From the NCBI GenBank assembly GCA_965246715.1, contig CBDFFH010000047.1, forward strand, positions 64,001 to 128,000: a stretch of DNA of 64,000 bases, written 5' to 3'. The stretch comes from Chamaesiphon sp. (lineage in GTDB: Bacteria; Cyanobacteriota; Cyanobacteriia; Cyanobacteriales; Chamaesiphonaceae). Each line of letters starts with the position of its first letter. Positions within the stretch are counted from its first letter, which is position 1. The notes under the pieces were generated by a model, which had not been told where the DNA came from, did not search any database, and saw only the letters and a list, made by a program, of their open reading frames with translations. Shown piece after piece: positions 33,083-40,768 of the stretch. The position numbers and the translations under genes are program-made.

Positions 33083-33538
33083 TTATTCCCCTCCTAGGAG
33101 GGGTGCCCGATAGGGCGGGGTGGGTTCCGAATTTGTTGCCATATATGCCAGTAACCAGCTTGCCGCCGTTGCCCGTCTGGTTTGACGAGGGCCAAACTCA
33201 CCGATTTTATAACCTTTAAAACCAAGCTGCTCCTTGAGTAGTTGCTTCTGCTCGGCAGGGATCGATCGAGTGAGTTTGACCGTTGCCGGACGACTGGCGA
33301 TAAAATCTGGAGGTGTGGGATAAGCCTCCACCCAGTCTGGTGCAACTTCGCTCACATCCCAAGTATTCCCCACTCGATCGTATCGATAACCCAAATAGTG
33401 CCACAAGATCTGATTTACTTGCAGATCGGTTATCGATTCGTTGAGAATCGCCCAGATCGTATCGTTATCGAGTGGTGGCAGTGCCAGCCACTCCAAACTT
33501 GAGTAATCGAGAAATGTATCGGTACTATCTAAGGGCAT
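33083..33538 (-). CDS. DUF1823-like cyanobacterial protein
   Basis: WHYLGYRY, RPATVKLTRSIP, TRRATAASWLL. Confidence 0.75.
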   Translation of the reverse strand: MPLDSTDTFLDYSSLEWLALPPLDNDTIWAILNESITDLQVNQILWHYLGYRYDRVGNTWDVSEVAPDWVEAYPTPPDFIASRPATVKLTRSIPAEQKQLLKEQLGFKGYKIGEFGPRQTRRATAASWLLAYMATNSEPTPPYRAPLLGGE

Positions 33539-33542
33539 AAAA

Positions 33543-34592
33543 TCAGGAATTATGAATCGTAACCTGCATCAATAATAACTGAAGGTCTTGTTTTGTGGAT
33601 AATTGTTGGTAGCGGTGTTGAATTGGTTGCCAATTTTGCCAAGTGAGATAATTATCCCGAGCGATTTGGGCGTACATTTCAGGTAGCTTGGTAACGGCTC
33701 GCTTGCCCAAAATTCGCTGGATAAAATCTTCGAGAACTACACTATCTTGAATACTACCTAGTAATTGATGGATTTGTTTAAAGTCTTTGAGATAATCATT
33801 GTAGAGCGGATTGTATCGATCGGGAAATAATTCCATCAGATAGCGAGTTGCCTTCACTTGCTTGCGGAGGCCATGAAATACCGAACCGCGAGCCTTTAAT
33901 AAGTTACCAACTGCGGCTTCTGGATCGGTGGCTGCGGCTAAATCGATCCCGACCCACCAAGCTGGATTGAGAAATAGTTGACCCACAACCGACAGTAATA
34001 AATCTGGCAAGATCGACTCGATCGGGACGTTAATTACTGGCGTATATTGAGGCTCGTTCAGCCAATTATTCAGTGCCAATTTAAAATATTGATACTCGCG
34101 ATCGACCAGCATCGTCTGAGCCTTATCAACTGCTTTGCGACGGCGTTTGATGAGCTTAGAACGCACTTCTTCTAAATGCTCTCGCTCTGAATCTGGCAAG
34201 CCATCTCGATCGTCTTTACATGTTTGTTGTAGCACATCCAAATCGCGAACTTTCCCGAGAATTTTAGCAATTTTGCCGATCGGTTTATTGCCCATGACCT
34301 TGGGAATATCGATAATCGGCGCAAATGCTTGCAGGATCGATCGCAGGCGACGCAGACTCACCCGCATTTGATGTACGGCTTCGAGATCGCCAGTAGCGAG
34401 CACATCTGACTCATGCGTCAGGATCGCAATATATTGTTTTTGGATGGCTGGATAAATATAGTCAGCTAATGTCACGCGTTGGTTTAGCCTTTGCTCTGAG
34501 GCATCGATCGAGTCTGTTGGTTCTACTCGTGCGGCTGCAGCCGCACGGCTATCGTCTGCTGGTGCAGCAAAAAATACCGAATTTCCATCCAT
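33543..34592 (-). CDS. CHAD domain protein
   Basis: VHQMRVSLRRLR, LGKVRDLDV, HGLRKQVK..RY, LGSIQD. Confidence 0.9.
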   Translation of the reverse strand: MDGNSVFFAAPADDSRAAAAARVEPTDSIDASEQRLNQRVTLADYIYPAIQKQYIAILTHESDVLATGDLEAVHQMRVSLRRLRSILQAFAPIIDIPKVMGNKPIGKIAKILGKVRDLDVLQQTCKDDRDGLPDSEREHLEEVRSKLIKRRRKAVDKAQTMLVDREYQYFKLALNNWLNEPQYTPVINVPIESILPDLLLSVVGQLFLNPAWWVGIDLAAATDPEAAVGNLLKARGSVFHGLRKQVKATRYLMELFPDRYNPLYNDYLKDFKQIHQLLGSIQDSVVLEDFIQRILGKRAVTKLPEMYAQIARDNYLTWQNWQPIQHRYQQLSTKQDLQLLLMQVTIHNS

Positions 34593-34899
34593 GATAATTT
34601 TTCCTGAAGTATGATGAGGAGTTAATCTTCAGCGTTGGCGTAGTCTTACTAGAACGGGATCGTTTACTCCGTTAATTATCCCACTGCGATTCCACCCGAA
34701 GATGTGATACTTTTTACGCAGCTTGCTTAGCTAGCCTATTTATATATTAGCAAGAATGATGTACGAATTTAGGCTCGACCTACTAGACATGTAAGTAAAG
34801 ATTATTGTATGATTAGGGGTTAGTTAGTATTTTAGCGCTAACCAGATAAATTTCAAGTTTCAGCTACCCCGAACTTCAATATTAGCCCGTAACCAATCA

Positions 34900-35139
34900 G
34901 TGTTTAATCTCGCGATCGCCTCAGTCAGCCAAAATAATTTCATCGTGCTAATGCGCGGTGGAAGCGCTTTGTGGCAACTAGACAACGCCAAACGAATTGC
35001 TATCGCAGATAGTAATTGCGGCGATCGTCGCGGGATATCGAGTATTGCGACTGCGGATCTCAAACCACAGCATCTACTACCATTCCACCATTGCGGGAAA
35101 GAAACTGTTGTAACTCCATTCTGGACGTTACATAGTTGA
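34900..35139 (+). CDS. Putative leader/small ORF upstream of the HNH gene
   Basis: 79-aa GTG-start ORF between a possible -10 (TATGAT ~34808) and a strong hairpin. Confidence 0.4.
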   Translation: MFNLAIASVSQNNFIVLMRGGSALWQLDNAKRIAIADSNCGDRRGISSIATADLKPQHLLPFHHCGKETVVTPFWTLHS

Positions 35140-35174
35140 AAAAATAACAAGAAAACATATTCACATCTTCTTGT

Positions 35175-35215
35175 AACCCCCGCTTGTCTCTCGCAGACAA
35201 CGGGGGTTGTTTGTT
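35175..35215 (+). terminator. Terminator/attenuator-like hairpin directly before the HNH RBS
   Basis: AACCCCCG(C)TTGTCT-CTCGC-AGACAACGGGGGTT then GTTTGTT; AGGAGG at 35216-35221. Confidence 0.55.
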
Positions 35216-35230
35216 AGGAGGCTAAATATC

Positions 35231-35773
35231 ATGCAACCTGCCACGATCGAACATAGGTTCACCATTCCATCCGTACTAAATAACTCTGTAGTCGTATTTT
35301 CGACTAACTACTTACCCATGGCACGAATTAATATCCGTCGTGCCATCACGTTACTCATCAGTGGCAGAGCCGAACCGCTAGACCTCCAAGAAACCAAACT
35401 CGTATGGGAATTGCACTCTCCCTCAGTCACGATCGAAGTACCACACCATATCCGGTTGAAAATCTCCACCGCCGAACGGCTGTGGAAGATGCCGAGCGTC
35501 AGTCGGCGCGAACTGCTTAGGCGGGACGGACATCGGTGTCAGTACTGTGGGAGCACTAGATCGCTAACGATCGATCACGTCATTCCCCGTTCCAAGGGTG
35601 GTACCCATACCTGGGATAACGTCGCGATCGCCTGTGAAACCTGCAATCATAAGAAGGGTGACAAATACCTTAGCGACACAGCAATGTCGCTGAAAACCAA
35701 GCCAAAGGCTCCCATGCACCCGACTGTCGCCTTTGCCGAACAATTTTGGCAAAGTCAAGAACATCGCACGTAA
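35231..35773 (+). CDS. HNH endonuclease (McrA-like)
   Basis: CQYCG, LTIDHVIPRSKGG, ACETCNHKKG; ATG 35231 follows AGGAGG. Confidence 0.92.
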   Translation: MQPATIEHRFTIPSVLNNSVVVFSTNYLPMARINIRRAITLLISGRAEPLDLQETKLVWELHSPSVTIEVPHHIRLKISTAERLWKMPSVSRRELLRRDGHRCQYCGSTRSLTIDHVIPRSKGGTHTWDNVAIACETCNHKKGDKYLSDTAMSLKTKPKAPMHPTVAFAEQFWQSQEHRT

Positions 35774-35836
35774 CAGCTAGAGGGTCGTCATTACAAATGG
35801 TATTGCGGCCGTCTACCCCGTGAAGAATACTAATTA

Positions 35837-36180
35837 ACGTGAGTTCGGGTTAAGGATATTTGCTTCGTTCAAGCACCGCACTCGATTGTGTCTTGTCGCG
35901 CTAAACCCTCGGCAAAGCCGAGGAGCGCGCGCCGCAAATCGGTGCTAATAGTGCAAAGTCCGGTTGTTGCCGCGAGCGGCAAAAGCCTGCCTTCGCGGAC
36001 TAGATAATTAGTCCGCGAAGCGAAAAGTGCGGTCTTGGGGTTTCCCCAAGTAGAGCACCTTTTCAAGACAGCGACGCGCGCTCCTCGGGTTCCCCGAGGG
36101 TTTAGCGCGTCAAGACAGGCGGACTTTGCATCATGAGCCGAGACTTCAGTCTCCAGGCTATTCTTATCCCGAACTGACGT
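35837..36180. mobile_element. MITE (ACGTGAGTTCGG...CCGAACTGACGT) carrying four nested micro-insertions
   Basis: TIRs, TAATTA on both flanks; collinear with the uninterrupted inverted copy at 57799-57970. Confidence 0.8.
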
Positions 36181-36239
36181 TAATTAAGGTATGAAAACAT
36201 TGGTAGGGGCAATTCATGAATTGCCCCTTGGATCCTAAA

Positions 36240-36450
36240 GGAAGGTCAAAGAGTAAAATCGTAAGACCGAGCATCAACAGCAAAAGGGAAAGGGAAATTC
36301 GGATTGCCCCTAGGGACACCAAGCCCGTTAAGTAGATCGAATTACCTTAACCTAAACAGTGGAACCAGTCAAAGCTGGACAGTATCAGAGGTCGTCCCAA
36401 ACGGGTAAACCTGCATTTACAAGGATAGTTTATCGCCACTAATTGCTGTT
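36240..36450 (+). ncRNA. Putative bridge RNA of the IS110 element (boundaries approximate)
   Basis: Contains ATTGCCCCT (36303-11) and GTAG (36332-35) matching the target, and ACAGTATC (36379-86) and CAAG (36420-23) matching the donor junction. Confidence 0.75.
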
Positions 36451-36481
36451 GAAGCAGTCCATTAGCAGATAGGAACTGGCC

Positions 36482-37474
36482 ATGAGTAATTCAAACGAAG
36501 AGTTAGACATACTCGGTATCGACATCAGCAAAGCCAAATTTGACGTAGCCTTACTCAAAAACAACGGCAAAGACAAAATCAAAAGCAAGGTATTTGCGAA
36601 TACCCCAGAAGGGTTTGAGCAATTACAGGAGTGGCTAAACAGCCAAGGAGTAACCAAACTACATGGCTGCATGGAAGCAACTAGCATTTACGGAAATGCC
36701 CTAGCCAGATTTCTAGTTGCAGCAGGATACATCGTAAGTATCGTTAATCCATCCCGTCCAAAAGCATTTGGACGAAGTGAATTAAGTCGGACGAAAACCG
36801 ATCGTGCGGATGCAAAAGTGATTGCCAGATTTGGCGCGGCATTACGCCCAGCACCCTGGACTCCTCCAGCGATCGAAGTCGAACAACTTCAAGCTTTGGT
36901 TCATCGCTGGGATAGTTTGACTGCCATGCAGCAACAAGAGCAGAATCGACTCGAAACGGTTGACCCAATTTTAGTCGAGGCGATCGCCGCACATATTGAC
37001 TTCCTCAAGCAACAAGTTGCTGCGACTCAACAACTGATTCGCGACCATTTCGATCGATCCCCCACTCTTAAAGCTCAACGAGATTTACTGATTTCGATGC
37101 CAGGTATTGCCGCCGCTACTGCAACGGTAATACTAGCCGAAATTCGCGATGTGGCTACCTTTGACAGTGCCGACCAGCTTGCTGCTTTTGCGGGTTTGAC
37201 CCCGCATGAGTTTTCTTCTGGTTCCTCTGTTCATGGCAAACCCCGTTTGTCTAAGATCGGTAACGCTCGTTTGAGAAAGGCTCTCTATCTGCCTGCGATT
37301 GTTGCTCGTCGCGATCATCCCTTGATTCAGGTTTTTTGCGACCGTCTGTTGGCTAAAGGTAAGTCGAAAATGGCGATGATTGGTGCTGCTATGCACAAAC
37401 TTCTGCGCCAGGTCTTTGGTGTGCTGAAATCTCAACAACCTTTTGACCCGAATTTTCTTTCTCTTCTCTCTTGA
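36482..37474 (+). CDS. IS110 family recombinase/transposase
   Basis: RuvC-like DEDD (GIDISK, MEATS, KTDRADA) and Tnp-domain SSG serine; SKIGNARLRKALY. Confidence 0.95.
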   Translation: MSNSNEELDILGIDISKAKFDVALLKNNGKDKIKSKVFANTPEGFEQLQEWLNSQGVTKLHGCMEATSIYGNALARFLVAAGYIVSIVNPSRPKAFGRSELSRTKTDRADAKVIARFGAALRPAPWTPPAIEVEQLQALVHRWDSLTAMQQQEQNRLETVDPILVEAIAAHIDFLKQQVAATQQLIRDHFDRSPTLKAQRDLLISMPGIAAATATVILAEIRDVATFDSADQLAAFAGLTPHEFSSGSSVHGKPRLSKIGNARLRKALYLPAIVARRDHPLIQVFCDRLLAKGKSKMAMIGAAMHKLLRQVFGVLKSQQPFDPNFLSLLS

Positions 37475-37993
37475 CTCTCAAGACAGTATCTACCAATGTT
37501 TTTGGCTACCCCAGACAGAGTATCCCACATTCCGATTTTATGGCTCAAGATATCGTGAGAAATTTTGAGATGGTAGCGCGACGATCGGGAAACATGCTCG
37601 ATCGCATCGTTTCTAACATCAGCTCGACTGCCAAAACAGGATGAATTTACGAAGCTTCGCGATCGAGATCGTCCCGATCTAGTTATTCCCCGACTGTATA
37701 TTCAAAAGAAGGCCAGGATCTACTCAATCGTGCATGACTTCGACTTATTGACTCGTCATTAAAAAAATAAATCGAGCCAAATCTTTCAGGAGTGCTATGT
37801 CAACAGATCGACTCCAACATCGCATCAGCCATTGCTAGCTCCAGTAATACTATTCAAATCGCGATCGTCTCTGGTGCATTGACGATCGGCTCCTGACATC
37901 CTGACATTGAGATCGTACCCATATTCTCGATCGAAACTAACAGCATCGCCGATTATCTACCATCGACAAATGTTTATACAAACTCGAAAGTAA

Positions 37994-38182
37994 ATGCCAA
38001 CAGTGGAAGATCGATTACCCCTATTAATCCAAAAACGTCTCGAAGCGGAAATCCAAAAACATCCGCCACTCTTTCCGTGGGAAACAGAATTCGATGACTA
38101 TGAGCCAACCGAGTCAGAATTTGGGCATTCTAAGCTTATTCACCCACCCACTTTGCCTGAAGGTGAAGTGAATAGTGAATAG
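37994..38182 (+). CDS. Short PatU-like fragment, possibly a pseudogene remnant
   Basis: PTVEDR..LIQKRL...HPPLFPWET resembles the PatU conserved block (from recall). Confidence 0.4.
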   Translation: MPTVEDRLPLLIQKRLEAEIQKHPPLFPWETEFDDYEPTESEFGHSKLIHPPTLPEGEVNSE

Positions 38183-38370
38183 TGGCTAGTCAATAAATTC
38201 CCCTCCGAGGAGCGAAAAGTGCAGTCTTGGGGTTTCCCCAAGTGGAGCACCTTTTCAAGAGAGGGGTGTCGCTTTGCGACGGGGTGGGTAAGATCTCCGC
38301 ATCTCACTAATAATTCACTCCCCCACTCCTCTACTCTTACCCACTCGTACAGCCCACTCCTCCACACCAT

Positions 38371-40680
38371 ATGTCGTCCAAGTCCATTCTCACCAACCTT
38401 CAGCAGCAGATGGCAGCGATGCCGCGCATACCACCAGAGGACTCACTACTACTGCGAATATTAGTCCAGTCGATGGTGTCGATAGGTATTATGGCGACGG
38501 ATGTGGCAGCGGAAACTCAGTTGAGTTTGTGGGCGATACCGCTGAGTCTTGCTGGTGCTACCTGGAGTTGGTATCATCGTCGCGATCGCAATATCGGCGT
38601 TAAGTTTGGCCTGGCATTTGCGATGGTTGGGGCATTAGGTTATTTTGTCGTGCATCTACTCGGCAGCGCCAACGATACGCGCCTAGTTTTGGCAGAATTA
38701 TTAGTCCAGGTGCAGACGATTCATACCTTCGATCTGCCCCGCCGGAAAGATTTGGGCTACTCGATGACGATCGGGTTAATCTTAATTAGTGTTGCTGGTA
38801 CTCTCAGTCAAACACTCGCATTTGCGCCATTATTATTACTGTTTCTGACACTGGCAATCCCGATATTATTTCTCGATTATCGATCGCGGCTTCAGCTCGC
38901 ACCGTTGAGTATTGCCACTCCGCGCGAGATTCGACAGATCGGTTTGCCTTGGCGACGCTTGGGTCGATTATTAGCGGTAGTACTGGCGATCGGCTTGGTT
39001 ATTTTTGCGGTGATGCCGCGTTTTGCGGGCTATCAGGGTTCGTTACCGATGAGTGCGCCGATTCAGTATGAGCCAAAGAATTTTGATGCTAAAGGGATTA
39101 ATAATCCTGGCTACCAGCGTCAAGGTAAAGCTGGCGGAGGCGCAGGTTCGCCATCGATCGATGGTAAGGGTAGCGGGAAGGGCGATGGCACTCTCGATGA
39201 GAATTTTTATTACGGATTTAATTCCAAAATCGACCAAAATCTACGTGGGGTGATGAAGCCCAAATTAGTGATGCGGGTGCGTTCCCAAGCCCCTGGCTTT
39301 TGGCGAGCATTGGCATTCGATCGCTATACCGGACAAGGCTGGGAAATTTCGCGAAATACCGATACCCAAAAAGTTGCGCGCTCTAACTGGGAAGCTAAAT
39401 TTTCGTTCGCTTATCCGCTGACAAAAATCGCGACCAAGCAGGTGATTCAAAGTTATACCACGCTAGAAGAACTACCAAACATCATTCCGGGGATGTCATC
39501 AGTTAGCGAGCTATATTTTCCCACACCAGAAATTGCGATCGATCGAGAAGGTAGTTTGCGATCGCCAGTTGGCTTGCTCAAAGGCTTGACTTATACGGCG
39601 ATCTCTCAGGTACCATTCCGCAATCGCTCCTTGCTCGATGCCGCCAAGACCGATTATCGACCAAATATTAGTAAATATTATCTCCAAATCCCACCCAGTA
39701 TTGCGCCCAAATTACAGAAGTTTACCCAAGATTTAGTTGCTAGCGCCCCACAACAACAAGTCGGTAAAGATAGTCAGCCGCTAGCATCTAACTATGCCAA
39801 GGCACTGTATCTCGCCCAATATCTCAAACAGCACTATCATCTTCCGCAAGATCCGCTAGGACTCTCTCGCGTCCCCGATCGTGAAGATTTAGCAAGCTGG
39901 TTTCTATTTCGTTGTGAGGGCAAATCGACTAGTTGCGAGGCTGGCGGTTATGCCGACCATTTTGCGACTACTTATACGATGATGCTCCGCTCGATCGGGA
40001 TTCCCGCTCGGCTGGCTGTCGGCTTCGATCCCGGTCGCTTCAATCCGTTTACAGGCTATTATGAAGTCTCGAATACCGACGCACATGCCCTCACAGAGGT
40101 ATATTTCCCCGATTATGGCTGGTTTAGCTTCGATCCGATTCCTGGGCATCCGCTGACTCCTCCAGGTGTTGAGGAAGACCAGACTTTTAGTACCGTCCAG
40201 CAACTCTGGAATTGGGTAGCTGGCTGGTTGCCATCACCAGTGACTGCTTGGTTGGCGCAAATTTGGTCGCTGACCCTCGGCTGGCTGATAGTTGGGGTGA
40301 GCTGGTTCTTGAGTTTATTCGGTCGGGGTTGGCTGGGCGTATTTGCTGGTATGGCAATCGCGATCGCGATTAGTTTCTGCGGGTGGTGGGGCTGGCAACA
40401 ATGGCGTAACTGGCAACATCGACAATGGTTGCAAAAGTTACCACCAGTAGAGCGGATCTATCAGCAGATGTTAGCACGATTGCATGGGCTGGACAGTCAC
40501 AAGCATCCCGCTCAAACTCCATTAGAATATGCCCAAATCGTGCGCGATACTCGATCGGCGGTGCTGAGTAATTTAGTGAGCGAACTCTCTCAAGCTTATA
40601 CTGCCTGGCGTTATGGCCAGGAACCCCAGCAACTCGATCGATTGCAGATGATATTAAAAGAGTTGAAACAGAGGAATTAG
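38371..40680 (+). CDS. Membrane transglutaminase-like protein (TgpA/DUF3488 family)
   Basis: Multi-TM N-terminus; MLRSIGIPARLAVGF, DAHALTEVYFP.YGW..FDP. Confidence 0.88.
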   Translation: MSSKSILTNLQQQMAAMPRIPPEDSLLLRILVQSMVSIGIMATDVAAETQLSLWAIPLSLAGATWSWYHRRDRNIGVKFGLAFAMVGALGYFVVHLLGSANDTRLVLAELLVQVQTIHTFDLPRRKDLGYSMTIGLILISVAGTLSQTLAFAPLLLLFLTLAIPILFLDYRSRLQLAPLSIATPREIRQIGLPWRRLGRLLAVVLAIGLVIFAVMPRFAGYQGSLPMSAPIQYEPKNFDAKGINNPGYQRQGKAGGGAGSPSIDGKGSGKGDGTLDENFYYGFNSKIDQNLRGVMKPKLVMRVRSQAPGFWRALAFDRYTGQGWEISRNTDTQKVARSNWEAKFSFAYPLTKIATKQVIQSYTTLEELPNIIPGMSSVSELYFPTPEIAIDREGSLRSPVGLLKGLTYTAISQVPFRNRSLLDAAKTDYRPNISKYYLQIPPSIAPKLQKFTQDLVASAPQQQVGKDSQPLASNYAKALYLAQYLKQHYHLPQDPLGLSRVPDREDLASWFLFRCEGKSTSCEAGGYADHFATTYTMMLRSIGIPARLAVGFDPGRFNPFTGYYEVSNTDAHALTEVYFPDYGWFSFDPIPGHPLTPPGVEEDQTFSTVQQLWNWVAGWLPSPVTAWLAQIWSLTLGWLIVGVSWFLSLFGRGWLGVFAGMAIAIAISFCGWWGWQQWRNWQHRQWLQKLPPVERIYQQMLARLHGLDSHKHPAQTPLEYAQIVRDTRSAVLSNLVSELSQAYTAWRYGQEPQQLDRLQMILKELKQRN

Positions 40681-40768
40681 GGGATAGGGAATAGGGAATA
40701 GGGAATAGTAGATGGTCGATCCGCAATCCGCAATCCAAAATCCAAAATCCAAAATCCAGACGATTGAG

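Larger units (their letters stand above)
36227..37491 (+). mobile_element. IS110-family (IS621-like) insertion sequence bounded by CT cores
   Basis: CT at 36227-28 and 37490-91; excision restores the palindrome AAAACATTGGTAGGGGCAATTCATGAATTGCCCCTACCAATGTTTT. Confidence 0.92.

Noticed and set aside
35231..35773. HNH gene as IscB/HEARO or a Cas9-like system
   Set aside because: Only 180 aa, no PLMP or RuvC motifs, and no CRISPR array nearby
35837..36180. CRISPR array
   Set aside because: Repeats are nested palindromes, not equal repeats separated by unique spacers
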